NCBI RefSeq assembly: GCF_037042905.1
Contig: NC_087252.1
Span: forward strand, 20,896,001 to 20,960,000
Length of the DNA: 64,000 nucleotides
Reading direction: 5' to 3'
Source: Lytechinus pictus
Taxonomy: Eukaryota
Shown here: in pieces, positions 25,225 through 38,711 of the stretch
Layout: the number at the start of each line of letters is the position of its first letter
Numbering within the stretch: position 1 is the first letter of the stretch
The notes under the pieces: generated by a model
What the model saw: the letters and a program-made list of their open reading frames with translations, nothing else
What the model was told of the DNA's origin: nothing
Databases searched by the model: none
Made by a program: the position numbers and the translations under genes

Positions 25225-25559
25225 GTAATTAAAATCAAACATTCATGTTTGATTTTAACTGAAATTTCAATCTGAAATAATTACGAGGACCCCAAAATGG
25301 GCTTGTTCCAGCACACAGAAGGAACCATTCCCATTTACCAGCGCGCGTAATTCTTATGCACATATCGAACGGCTGTTTCACGATTCTGTGATACAGTGGT
25401 TCGAATTGCATTGTCCACCAGGAGCTGTTTTTCCTGGTATGGTATATTGGTTATGACTTATGTGAGTTTAGTTCACTGTATGAGCTGTTTTCAGCAGACT
25501 GAGTGGATTGTGAGTGGGAAATGGTGAATCAAAGACCAAAATAATGTTTGGACTTTGGT

Positions 25560-25837
25560 AGGCACGGCCGTAGTCACTAGATGGCGCTGTCGCGGAAGTG
25601 CTCAAAATTTGTACGCAAGCTTCGTTCGCATGTCAATCATTGCAATCGCATAGCGATGCGATATCGTCAAAATTAAGCCCCTGTTAGCGCGGATGTATAT
25701 GATATTTTCTCTTTGTGATTGTCCTCCCGTGCGATGAAAAATATGTCATCGTATTGCACAGGACTTTCGCGAGCTACCGATACAATTTTCGTGCCCCAAA
25801 TTCCATAAATCTTCCGAAAATAAACATGAAAGTGTCG
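25560..25837 (+). promoter_or_regulatory. Candidate internal promoter + alternative first exon ending ATG AAA GTG TCG|GTAAGT
   Basis: YY1-like AGATGGCG (25579) and ETS-like CGGAAGTG (25593) in CpG-rich sequence; consensus donor at 25838 in phase 0. Confidence 0.45.
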
Positions 25838-27376
25838 GTAAGTCGAAAATGTCTTGAGTTGCTTTCAATTCTTACCTTATTTAGTTGTATTTCTTGTAAA
25901 ATGGGTCTCGAAGGGTTCCGGATTTTCCGTTGATTGTGAAACTTGAGTTGATTTCCTTTCTGTGTATTGCAGTGAAATTGCAGCGCGGGGAATCGCAAGG
26001 GCTGGGGAAGCCCTTCTCAGTGAGGTTTGCAAGCTGAGCTGCCCTTGAATTTGGTCGAATTTCGAGCCATTTTAATCGCGCGCGGGATGATTAATTTACA
26101 TCATAATAGAGATTAAGATTACGTCACGTACGTGCGTACCTGTGATACACACAGAAATGAAATTGAACTTGAATCACACGGAATCACAGTCAAGAAATGC
26201 TTTGTTTTCTTCGTTTGCTGAATGATTTCCTGAATTTAAAATCATGAATAAACACCAGAGTAATGACATGAATAAGATAATCATGGTCATATTTGAGAAA
26301 TAACTAAATATTTTCTGAAAACGAGTGAAGATGATGGGGCAGTGATGTGCATGCACTGGAAAATGAACATTCACTGTCAGTGTCAGTGCCGTGGTGTCAG
26401 TGTTTTACTGCCAATACTGGCTTTACTTTTGCACTGGTTTTTCTTTTGCCAACTAGATTTAAAACTCATTTATTGATATGTTTATTGCAATTTTTGAATA
26501 AATGGCAATACAAAGTGGGAAAAAAAAGGATAAATGAAGATAAAAATGATTTTGACTAAAAACTTGTCATGCCATCACCCCCCCCCCCTAAAAAAATACC
26601 CACTATCTTGAATGACTCAGGTAATTTAATTTGTATTGAAAAAAATAAACAATTGTATTTATGCATTTTATATTTCTGATTCTTTCTGCCAGAATACCAG
26701 ATGCCATCATGAATAACCTCACCACCAGGTTGAACTCCTATTCCTAAACATCTTGATGATGACTATCTCCCGAGATATATCTTGCCTTCTTCATTTCTTG
26801 AGATTTGAAGTTTTAAGTTCAAGTCAGAGCGACCTAAGGCCCTACTACCAAGAAGAATCCAGATTTACATAAAAACAAATCCCACGAAAGATACAAACTG
26901 ATTTTACTATTAATGTGTAGTGTGTGTGTGAGACACTGTGTTTGTGTTTATTTTGATGAGGATCTCCTGTCTCTTTTTATTATTTCATTGACTGAATGAA
27001 TGATCAATACCTAAAAGTGAGAACTGATTTTGAGGAGAGTAGATAAGTGTATGGTTTTGAGTGAATTTGAGTAACTTTTGTTTTTATTACCGGTATTTTT
27101 TTCATCATTATTATTATTTTGCCTTTTATTACATATTTTCAGTTTATTTAACATTAAGTTTAAGTAACCAAACTTGATCAAAGTGTTCAATTTTTGGGAT
27201 AGAATTTTGTAATTTCATTTATCAGGTAATAAAACTGAGTTTGGTAAATCTAAAAAAGGACACTAAAAATATGAACACTTGGAGATGCTCACTAAGATGA
27301 GGAAAAAACATGAAAGGAACTGGAACTTAAGTGGATGTTATAGCATGCCTTTCGAAGATCTCCAAGCACCTGGAAT

Positions 27377-27621
27377 CATAGGCGGTGGAAGTGGGGGGGG
27401 GGGACGTATCCCCCGAAATTTTAGGTGGGGAGGGGACGACCCCCCCCCCCTCAATTTTTTGTTGATAACCTTTTTTTTTTCTTTTTTTTTTTGGCTTGTC
27501 AATTTTCACTTTTGTTTCCTGTGTCCCCCCCCCCTAAGATTTTTGGTCACTATTTTTTTTTTTTTTTGGTCAAAAAGTTTTGGCGGTTCCCCCCTAAAAT
27601 TTTTGGCTTCCGCCGCCAATG
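27377..27621. mobile_element. hAT-like MITE
   Basis: Near-perfect 8-bp TSD CCTGGAAT/CCAGGAAT; termini CATAGGCGGTGGAAG / CTTCCGCCGCCAATG. A related copy lies in inverse orientation at ~37781-38044. Confidence 0.8.
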
Positions 27622-28361
27622 CCAGGAATGATGATGTTCAACTGAGAGTCGCTGAAGTGGAACTTGTTGCAGAGAATGATTATTCCAGGACAAGTTAGAT
27701 GATATTACCCAGCCCATACATCACAACAATGGAAGGGAGACAATATACCCCTGTACTACGTGAAGTATCATATTATCTTCAGGTTGGTTTGGAAAGTAAT
27801 AATAGTCCTCTAGTCAATAATAACGTCTGTCCAACATAATGGTACTATCGAGCGATTTGGGGGTTCAATCACAAACAGCAAAAGTTTAGTAAATTGACAC
27901 TAGTAAGATAATTAAACAAATATAATACAGCCAAACTGTCTGACCCCTTACTTGACTACTGACTTAACTACTTATTAAAAAATGACAAGTGATGCTTAGG
28001 CCCTTTGTAACCATTGTATTGGGCAGACTTTGAAGCAGATGACTAGAATTCATACTTTCATGAAGATGAAGGAAGATCAAAAGAATTATTACAATTTAGC
28101 AAATATGAAATTAGAACACTGTCATGGTTATAAAAAATAATGAATTTCTATCAAGTAAAATGACAATACAATGTAAGAAATAATTGCAATCAAGTAATTT
28201 CATTTGCAAAAGATATTTTCTATAATTTAATAACCAAATTTCTCAAGATAATATTCTTCTGCACAGAAGTGTATGACACGCTCAGTGTAAATCATGCTGT
28301 TTATAAATCTCTAGGAAACCTTTTTTTTCAAAATGAAAATACATGTAAACTTAATAAAAAC

Positions 28362-28564
28362 CAGGGGTGGATCCAGGATTTATCCTGGGGGGGGGGGCAC
28401 ATTTTCATAATGAAAATTTGTCAAGCAAAAAAAGGGCCTTGCTTTCCGGGGGGGGGGGCATACTTTGGTGAAAATGGCATATTTTCATTACAAATCCCGA
28501 CTGAGGCTCTCTAAGGGGGGGGGGGGGGGTGAGCCAGATGTGCCCTCCCCCAGATCCACCAGTG
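28362..28564. mobile_element. hAT-like MITE (CAGGGGYGGATCC family)
   Basis: TSD ATAAAAAC/ATAAAAAT; termini CAGGGGTGGATCC / AGATCCACCAGTG. Confidence 0.8.
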
Positions 28565-29494
28565 ATAAAAATCAACATTTGTGAAAGATGGCATACGTAC
28601 CTTACACTGAATTGGTAAATTCAATGCATATGTCTACAAAATGAAACTGACATGTTTGAATAAATTGCTTATTTTTGTTTCTAGAAAGAATTCATTAATA
28701 ACAGCTTAGAGTTATTGAGAAAACATCAGGCAAACATAACATTCTGATATGCAATAACTAAATCTGTTTTAAATATGCTTTGTTTATGTCAAAGGCTTTA
28801 TCGAAATAAATTATGCTATAATTTATAAATTACTGCATTTTGGAGCCCATTAAAATTCAAAATGAATCATATAGGGCAGTGCCACACCTTATTCACTAAA
28901 ATAAAGGAGGGGTGCAGCTGAAAAATCTCATCAGCAGGGGCAATAATTTTCACCGCCATTTCAATAGTACTATTAGATATCCTGAAAACACATAATTAAA
29001 ATAAAATTAACTTTCTCTCAGGAAGTGCCCCTGTATACTATTACAGCCCTTGACCAGTATATTCTCTCAAGAGGTTCAATAATTCCTTCTCTTCCCTTAA
29101 TTGTAGAGTCCGTTCGGGTGCGAATGTGTCTGAAAAAAATGATAAGCCAAAAAAAAAAGATCATTAGTAAAAATTGTAGAGTGAACAGAACATATCATTA
29201 AAAAAAAATGACAAGCAAAAACAAAGATTGATCTGGCATTGGAAAATAAAAGGAAATTAATGAACACCACACCGCCCCCCCCCCCCGCTTCAACATTTTT
29301 TGTTGTTTGCTTCTCCTGCTTACAACTTTATAACTTTACCTGATACACCATATATGGACCTTTCAAAACTTTTGGCTCCATTATCATGACTTTGCCACTG
29401 TTCAAGTATTATTTATTTGAAACCAATGCTAAGACTATAAGGTGAAATGAAATTATATAAAGAAAAAAAAAAAATTCACAAAGTATAAAATCAT

Positions 29495-30085
29495 AATGAT
29501 GTAGGTCATGTTGAAATTAGACCCTGGACTGGACTCAAAATTAGATCAAGTGTAGTGTAGACCAAATGTAAATTACACAAAGTGTAGACCAAATGGCAAT
29601 TAAAAAAAATTTATAGACCAAATGGTCAAGCCCATTTGGTATAATTTATATATAAGTAAAAAAAATATAATTAAGTAGGTCATGCTGAAATTAGACCAAC
29701 TGGACATTTCGCAAAATGAGGATTAGACCAAGTGTAGACCAAATGGGTTTAGCCCATTTGGCATTAGACTAAATGAGAAGTGGGCAAACTGCATGTAGAC
29801 CAAACGAATATATACATATTTCACACTGTGGAACTGCATGATATAAAGCCAATTTTATGTACCGGTATTTGACAAAGTAAAAAAATTGTAATTATGTAGG
29901 TTATGCTGAAATTAGACCAACTGGACATTTCGCTAAATGAGAATTAGACCAAGTGTAGTGTAGACCAAATGTCAATTCAGTAGACCAAATGGGTTTAGCC
30001 CATTTGGCATTAGACTAAATGACAAGTGGGCAAACTGCATGTAGACCAAATGAACATACATGTACACCATGTACACATATTTCAA
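29495..30085. repeat. Tandemly duplicated fragments of an AGACCAA-rich repeat (relatives at ~34360-34755 and ~41985-42305)
   Basis: The unit gtaggt.atg.tgaaattagacc recurs at 29501, 29675 and 29896. Confidence 0.75.
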
Positions 30086-31605
30086 ACTTGGGACTGATAA
30101 AGAGAGCCGTAGCAGACGACGGAGATGCGTACATGATCTGCGTCCGCAAATAACGTGCACGCATGTATGTACTAACATGAAAAACAGCATATGGGACGAT
30201 CTTACAAAAAATTGCACATGCGGGGCTATTGGAGATTCACAGCAGATGACGGCTAGCAGACGCCGATGGGCGCGCGCATTTAGCGAGCACATCGTGATCG
30301 TTTTAACTATCGATAGTACGTACAGTGTATTAAAAAGGTACCGCGATGTCTATGGCTATTTCGGACCATGTTGGTGCTATGAATTTGTTTTTTTTTACAG
30401 TTTAAATGAATTTTACGTAAGTTTTAAGTGGTTTCACATGATAAATTAGATATTAAGGAATATTTTGATATCATTCTCTCGACAACAAACACATTTTGAA
30501 ATTCTTGTTGTCCTGCCTAACTTTGGTAAAAGACGAAACTCGAAAGCCTTTCTATAAATTTTACTAGGGCCTAGGCTAAAATTATTTATAGCCTACATTA
30601 AAAAATTATTTTATTTTTGGCTTTTGCATGCCGGGAACATGACAATGCAACATTGCATGTGATCCGTTTCATAAGACTAACGTTATATAAGTAGGGTGTC
30701 TGAAGCCACACTGAAAAGTGTCAGCATAAAACAGGCTGATTTAGGGGAAAATATGGCACATATTTTGGGGGAAGTTCAGGCTACTAGTAGAGTTACCAAA
30801 AGGTCGGCCGATCCACTGAGCAAAATTGCTATGGGCAAATGAAAAGCCAATTGCAAGTGCGTAAACAGTGTGCATTGCCACCATCGTCTGTTCTCGACGG
30901 CAAAAATGAGCATTGAAATGCTTTTCCTCAGCAAATTAGTTCATCTTAGTGAAACAAATTAGGCCCTGTGTATTCTACATTTAAATTAACTTATGTGGGA
31001 TGAAGTGTCTTACCTTCATGTGGTATCGAAAGTGACGTTTGGAGGTTAAATCCACGAGAAATCCACAGAGTTTCGTCGCGTGTATTCGCTATGGAGAAAA
31101 ATGCGTGCGATCGCATGCGTTATTGCAAGCTCGAGACGGCGCTGTTGAACTTGGTCTGGAAATTCATAAAAATAAACAAAAATCCTTTGAGTAGGCTCAC
31201 AATAAAATCATAAAAAATATGCTTTATGACTAAAACGGTAGTTCTCTTGCCCACACATATCATACTTGTTGTTGCGTAAGAAATCCTTTTTTCATGATAA
31301 AAATATAGCAATAAATGTTTTAAAAATTATGTTTTCCACATGGAATATGTTTGAAACATCTATATTAGAAGAAAAATGTTTTTTTTTAATGAATTCAAAC
31401 TAAAATGAAGTTTATACATGCTTGCACTTTTTCATACTACTCAAAAAACAAAATGGGCCGTCAATCAACGTTGGTTACCTCGGCAAGTAGGCGTGGTCTA
31501 TCGTGAAGTTCGCTGGTGACGTACCTTTCTCGCTAGACTTTACTCAGCCGCCGAATTTAATTCATTCTCCGCGCACGTGCAACTGCAACTTATTATCGTC
31601 ACTGC

Positions 31606-32322
31606 ACTGCTGGTGTTTGCCGCATTGAGGACAGATGAAACAATTCAGATAGAGTTGCGAGTGTACAATGAGTGAAACAGCGCGATCGTTTCATGATCGA
31701 ATGAAACAGTGTGCCTGTTGAGATAAAATTCATCTGCCATGTTATTTTCTATCGTGTTTTATGCAACTGCAATTGATTTGTTATATTATTTTCTTTGATA
31801 TTTCCTGTATATGTATGTATGAATTTTATTTGAAGTGAATTAATTATGCTGGTGTCCTTGCCATTGAGGACAGATGAAGATGAAACAACACTGATAGAGT
31901 TGTGCGTGTACAAGGAGTGAAACAGCGCGATTGTTTTATGATCGAATGAACAGTGTGCCTGTCGAGATAAAATTCATCTGCCATGTTATTTTCTATCGTG
32001 TTTTATGCAACTGCAATTGATTTGTTATATTATTTTCTTTGATATTTCCTGTATATGTATGTATGAATTTTATTTGAAGTGAATGAATCATGCTGGTGTC
32101 CTTGCCATTGAGGCAGATGAAGATGAAACAACACTGGTAGAGATGTGCGTGTACAAGGAGTGAAACAGCGCGATTGTTTTATGATCGAATGAACAGTGTG
32201 CCTGTCGAGATAAAATTTATCTGTCATGTTATTTTCTATGATGTTTTATACAACTGCAATTAATTTTTTTTTCTGTGATATTTTCCTGTTTATGTATAAA
32301 TTTTATTTGAAGTGAATTATTA
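31606..32322 (+). repeat. Tandem repeat, 3 x ~240 bp
   Basis: The unit tgctggtgt...cattgagg.cagatgaa...gagtgaaacagcgcgat...gagataaaatt...ttttatttgaagtgaat starts at ~31608, ~31848 and ~32091. Confidence 0.92.
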
Positions 32323-33132
32323 TAAAGATTAATCCAAAACAAAGCAAATAATTGTCGGCTTCATTGTATTCGTGATGAACAAGTTAAGGTATCAAAAAAT
32401 GATGCTTATTTTTTTTATTTGAATGACTTTGAGTAAATTGGAATTGACAAGGACGTTTAGTGTTTCCTGTTCAGTGCAATTTTTATTTTCTTTTTTTCAT
32501 TTCACATTCTCGGGATGCGAACCTCCACTATAATTATAATTAATGAATACCATTATAAACAAAAATATTTGAAAAATAAAGACTCGCAAAAATTTTAATA
32601 CTAGTGCAACGGTGATTTTTTTGTTTTTGTTATTTCATTTACTGGGAGGTACGACAGACAAATACCCGGTGTAGATCAAAATTTTGCTAATGGGGGGGGG
32701 GGGGGGCTACAATTTTTACCTTTTTAATTTTCGCACCGCCAGTAGGAGGGGTTGCCGCCGCCCATAATTGGGTCCGGCACCTGGATCTGCCTATGGAATG
32801 GATGAGGAATAAGGAAAGGGGAGAAAAATAAAGGTGCCCCCTCCCGTAATATATCAAATATTTGTTAGTGGATTTTGTCGTTCATTCTCAAGTGAGGACT
32901 TATTTTTCAACTTTTCCCAGGAATTTTGTGTATGGAATGATTTTTTCTTAGCATACTAGGTCTTGAATGCCCCCACTTTGGAAAATCCTGGATCAGCCCC
33001 TGTCAAGGTGTATATAGATGAAACTAAACTTGAATAGGGCTCCACATTAATGATTTTCAAAATTTAGCCATTTCCTATTTTCCCCGTTTAACACTGTGAG
33101 GTGAATAATTCAAATGCTTTCCCCATCGCTAC

Positions 33133-36100
33133 CATAGAAGGATCCAGGGGGGGGGGGTCATCCCCCCTTCCCTGTTGGCGGATTAAAGACCAAAAAATGG
33201 AGAAAGGAAGAAGAAACAGAAGGAAAAGAGAGGGGGAAAGGGAGGGAGAAAAGTGAATAAAATTAGGGAGGGGAGACTTTGATGATTTAAAAGCACTCGC
33301 ATTGCTTATTTTCGATGAGTACATATTGCTCAATAGGCTGATATATATGAGCTTGACATTTAAGCTTTGTAGTCAAAATACAAAACAAATACTGTACGGT
33401 CAGCTAGGACATTGAACTTTCATTATTCTTTTTGATTTATACCTCGGTCACATTTGCTCTGCGGCGGCCGTACGGAGAGTCGAAATAGCCGTTTTATTCA
33501 TTTTTATTCAAACCACCTATATTGTGCTTAATTTGACCTTTTCACATCGGAATATCCAATATTATCAGTTCGCGCTTCGCGCTCGCATTATTGATTTCCG
33601 TGGTAAAAAGTGTATTAAGAATGCACAAATTCTAGAACACGCATGTTTATTGAGACGGGCTGCTTATCCTTTATTGAAAACAGCATGCTTAAATTATCTC
33701 GCTTCAGATTAGAATATAAAAAAAATTCTTCTCGCTCTTGCATTATAAAATAATGTAAGACGGTAACCAATTACCCACCCTTTTCACGATTTAGAAAACA
33801 TAAATATAAAATAGTGTTCCTTTTAGGTCTATATATCTCAATTGTTATCCGCTCACGCTTCGTGCTCCCACTGTGTTCTGTTAGTCATACACAAAGTGCT
33901 TGGAATGTCCATTTTTATGGTCAGAATTTCAAACATTTTAGCTCGAGCTTTGCGCTCGCATTATTTTGATTGAAATATGCATCGTCTTCTTGGCTAACTG
34001 TAAACCGCCATTAGCAAGTCCCTTTTCGATCAGGCCAGAACGTATATTTCTCTCTTTTCTTACTTACTTTTTTTTTGCTCCTTCGCGCTCGCAGCAATTT
34101 TAGTAAAATACGCATCTTGTTCAAGTTCACAAACATTGCCCAGAATGTTCAATTTTGAGGATAAAAAACATGAAATTTCAAAAATATTTTAGCTCGCGCT
34201 TCGCACTTGCACTATAGGGGCTATGATATTATTGTATATTGTATTTTGTGTATGCTGTTTAATGAGAATAAAGAAGTGACTGTTAGGACTACCCCTATTA
34301 ACTTTGAGCGGCTGATTGTGGAAAATACGGGTGCAAATATTTTTCGGCCCCTTCCCCGGTTTATTTCCAATTTGTCTAATTGCCAACTCGTCTACTATCG
34401 TTTGGTCCATCAGTTCGTCAACTCACCACATAGTCTTTTTTCTTCTTCATTTAGTCTAATGCCATTCCGTCTAATGACCAGTGGACCCAAAAGCCATTTG
34501 GTCCATATACCATTTCATCTAATTGGACTATAAGTGTATTATTGTGAATGAATGAAAATAAAATGGGTATTAGACCAACCGGTTATGAGACTAAATGGTC
34601 ATAGACGAGATGGTTATTAGACAAAGTGATGATTGGACCAAATGGTCAATGGACCAGTGGCTGTTAGACGAAATGTTGATGGACAGATTGGCATAAGACT
34701 AAATGAAAGTAGACCATGTAGTGAGTGGACAAGTTGGCCGTAGACGAATTGGCACCCCCCCCCCTATTGGCGATAGATCCGCCCATGCACTACTACTTCT
34801 TTCTTATCTCATTATGATCTCTCAGTTCCATATCCCCCCCTCTCTCTCTCACTCTTTCTACGAGGACTCTTTTATCGTATGCATATCTTCCTTCGATTTC
34901 CTCCCCCCCCCCCTCTCTCTCTCTCTTTCCCTCTCCTGACTGCTGTTCCTTTATAGTTAATTCCCCTCTTTTCTCTCAAACCCCCTTTCTGTCTCAACAT
35001 CTTTGCCCCCCCCCCCATAAATTTCATTCAATTATTCTACCCCTTTCAATATCTCCAACATGATTCTATACTCCTCAATGTGCCATACACACCTTGAGAG
35101 AGAGAAAAAAAAACACTCAAGAGATAAATGGGCAGAAATAGCATGGGTCAAAGAAAGAAGCATTAATGGTTCAAGATTATGGGATTCACAGAATTTAATG
35201 CATATGTAGAGTAAATACATGATTTATAATGTAGTAACATATTGATAATGGCAGTTAAAAGGAGGGTAATCCTTGTGACTTGGCCTTATAAAAATTTTGG
35301 CTCGCGACTTGCGCTCGCATAAACGGTTAAAAATATTACCTGATACATCATATTCATAATTACAAAAGTGCTTGAAATTTCCAGTTTTCATACCATGTTA
35401 TCATCAGATTTCGCGTCTCATTAGGCATTTATAGATCAGATATTAATTTTAATGGTTTAATTGTCCTTTCTGTTTCATCTCGCGCTTAGCAAGAGGAATA
35501 GGAAGATATTCATCACTTTCATGTCCCGGTCCTTTGTCAAATCTATCAGCTCTTTATTAAGTGCGATCCAAATCCACCTCACAAAGTACTTGAGCTGAAA
35601 TTGACCCCTTTTTCAGATCAGAATGTCAAATATTTTAAGGTCGCGCTTCGCGCTCGCTTTGATTTTCAATTTCATGTTAAAATATATATTCAGAATGCCT
35701 AGATTGTAGGCCTAAATCGGAAACACGCGAGCGCATGTCTATCTAGATACTCAACTTGTTAGTATTTCAATCATTATCCAGTTTCTGAAAAACAAAATTC
35801 TGCTAGCGCTTTGTGCTCGCATTTTTTATGTAGGAAGAACCCCTATTACTCATCCTTATTATACAAAACATGAATAGAGTGTCCCATTTTTTAGGTCTAA
35901 ATCTCGATTTTTTTTCCCGCTCGCGCTTCGCGCTCGCATTAATTGTTTTATAGCGACGATCCTGTTCATGGTCACAATAATCGATTAAAATTTTCCATTC
36001 TTTATGTAGAAGTGTAAAAAAAAAATCGGCTCGCGCTTGCATTATTTTATTGTTGAAATATGTAACGTCTCCATGGCTAAGTGAAATAAGCAGTCCTTAA

Positions 36101-36646
36101 CAGGTACCTTTTTGATCAGTTCAAAACGTATACAAAAATATTATGCTCGCGCTTTGCGCGAGTATTATTAAAGTAACAAAGATCGGCAATTTGACATCCT
36201 TTTCCATGATGATTTAAAAGACATGACTAGACATGTCTCGTTTTTAGGTCTAAATCTTCCAATTTTGTGCCCGCGCTTCGCATCAATATTGCTAAGTTAT
36301 ATACCTATCCTGTTTAAGTTACAAAAAGTGCCTATGATTTCAATTCTGTTCGCACTTCGCGTTCTTAGTAATTATTTAGTTGCATACACATCTTTTTCAT
36401 GATAAACATTGCCCAGAAATTTCAAACTTTGGGGAAAAACATAATTTTTTAAATAAATTAGCTCGCATTATATAAAAAGGGTTATGATATCATATATTTA
36501 TGTTGATTTATAAGACAAAAGCTAAGAAGTGACAATTTCTTCATAGAAACAAATATAAATCATATTCGCGCGGCCGATTGGGGAAAAATAATGGTGAAAA
36601 AAAAATTGGCCCCCCCCCCCCTTTGGCGAAAGCTGGATCCACCCCT
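33133..36646. mobile_element. Large composite repeat with periodic GCTCGCGCTTCGCGCTCGC motifs and nested MITEs
   Basis: More than 15 degenerate motif copies between a GGATCCAGGGGG left end and a CTGGATCCACCCC right end. Confidence 0.6.
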
Positions 36647-38429
36647 TCATCCTATTTATTTCTCTCCTTCCGTCCATCTCTCCATTCTTCCAGGAGCCGC
36701 GGAATAGTTTTGAAAAATGTTTTTTTAATTTTATTTCTACCTTATTTCTACCAATAAAATTATTAATGAAAATAATGCGGTACAAAAATCAATGTCATTC
36801 TTCTTCCTGTTTTAAACTATATACGTGTACAAAAAACGCACCACCAGCTAAAAAAAAACAAAAAAACTTGGGGGTCACAACCCGAGCACCCCACTTCCCA
36901 GGGCCATATACAAGGATTCTAATTTATTAATTTTAAAGAAAGCATGAGACATCAATTGTTGGAAAAAAAATTAAAGAGACCTATTAATGACTGCATGTGG
37001 TCCTACCGGTACGCTAGATCTGCGCACAAAACTGCTTTCATATGACACGCAAAAGGGATGAATCTTAGTGGAAAAGTGGAATAAAGCAAACAGGATTTAG
37101 AAACTGCCTTCGTTGGCGTTCAATAATATGGGTAATATGATACAAATTCTGCTAGCTTATTCGTACTATTATTTCTGGCCATTGTACTTAGATCAAAATT
37201 TTAATGTGGAAACATTTTTTTTTTTTTTTTAATGATACAAATCGAGCGAGGCAAGCACAATGATATGGGGCAGAGTTCCAAGTCTTCATGCCCCAGACTG
37301 AATATATTTTGCATCAACTTACTCTAAAAACAAGTGTTTATGTTTTATTTTTTATTATTCATTTTTTAAGTATAAGGTAAAATTATAAGTCTCGGAGTGT
37401 CAGTTAATGCTGCAAAAGATGTATAAGGCCTACTCTTTTGCAGCACTATCCAGCTACCGCGGCGAGGACGCCCTCCGAGAAGGTAGCCATATCAAAACTA
37501 AAAACAAAAAATTCCCCTTAGATTACTGGTGGATCCAAGGGGCATAATTATCGAGAGCCAAAATTGTAATTTGTAATATAAGCATGCCCTTTTTACCCAA
37601 GCATGCCCCCTTGAAAGTGAGGATATATATATATATGCCCTATTTTTTTTGCTTGTCAATTTTTATGGACGAAATGACTTTCAATTTTTGGTAAAAAAAT
37701 ATTTTGTAATGCTCATCAAATTTGCATCGGGAAAATGTGCCCTCCATAGGCCATGTCCCCCCTAAATTTTAGGTGGGGACCATTGGCAGCGGAAATCAAA
37801 AATTTAGGGAGGGGGACCACCAAAATTTTGTGACAAGCCCCCTCCCCCAAAAAAGTTTATCAACCCAAATTTTAGGGGAGACCACATGAATTTTTTAGGG
37901 TGGTCCACTGGAATTTAGGGGGCATGCACGCAGGAAAAAAAAATTGACAAGCAAAAAAAAAGGTTATCAACAAAAAATTAGGGGGGGACGATCGTCCCCC
38001 CACCTCAAATTTAGGGGGGCACACCCCCCCCCCGCTGCCTATGGGGGATGTTGTTAGCTTTTTGGGGGGGCTAAATTTTTTTTCGGCCCCCCCCCCTTTG
38101 ATAACCTTTTTTTGTCAAAAATTTTGGTGCCCCCCTAAATTTTTTGACTGCCACCGCTAACATGGCTAATAGTGCCCCCCCCTTTGGAAATCCCGGACCC
38201 TCCCTTAATTGCCTAGATATAGATGTTTAAATAGTTAATTATTTTGAAAGTCAGAGTGCCCTCGCCCCCCCCCCATGCTTTAGTTATCATGGCATAAAAC
38301 TTATGTCATATCTAATCCTTATATCAGCAAGAGGTCAGAGCATACTATCCGTCACCAAACGACTGCATTTGAGCCATTCATTTTCCCTTTTCTCTTCTTT
38401 CTATTATTTTCTTGTTATTTAATCATTGT

Positions 38430-38711
38430 TTATTTGTATAAGCTCGGATCCGAGACTAACTGATACGGTGAACGTACTTTCGTTCGAGTTGTGTATTTGC
38501 GTAATAATAGACCGAGACGAGAAAGGACACGCCCACAATCCCTCGTTCAGTGCCGAGCTCTGTGCCGTACGTGTCGACCAAATTTCAAAGAGAAATTTGT
38601 ACACAAATCTGTCACAATTCGGACCTAATTTCGCCTCAGATTAACAGATATTTAGATCTCTTTGGAACACTAAAAGTCATTCACTTGGGGTTTTTGAATA
38701 TGCTGATTCAG
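38430..38711 (+). promoter_or_regulatory. Candidate second internal promoter + alternative first exon ending ATG CTG ATT CAG|GTGAGG
   Basis: Unique CpG-rich patch with a CACGCCCAC GC-box-like site (38528); strong donor at 38712 in phase 0. Confidence 0.5.

Noticed and set aside
26693..27030. Extra PAFAH1B exon or C/D snoRNAs (good acceptor at 26692, several TGATGA)
   Set aside because: In-frame stop after 7 codons in phase 0 and no convincing box C/D pair with terminal stems.
31606..32322. CRISPR-like array
   Set aside because: Whole units are repeated with no unique spacers; eukaryotic context and no cas genes.
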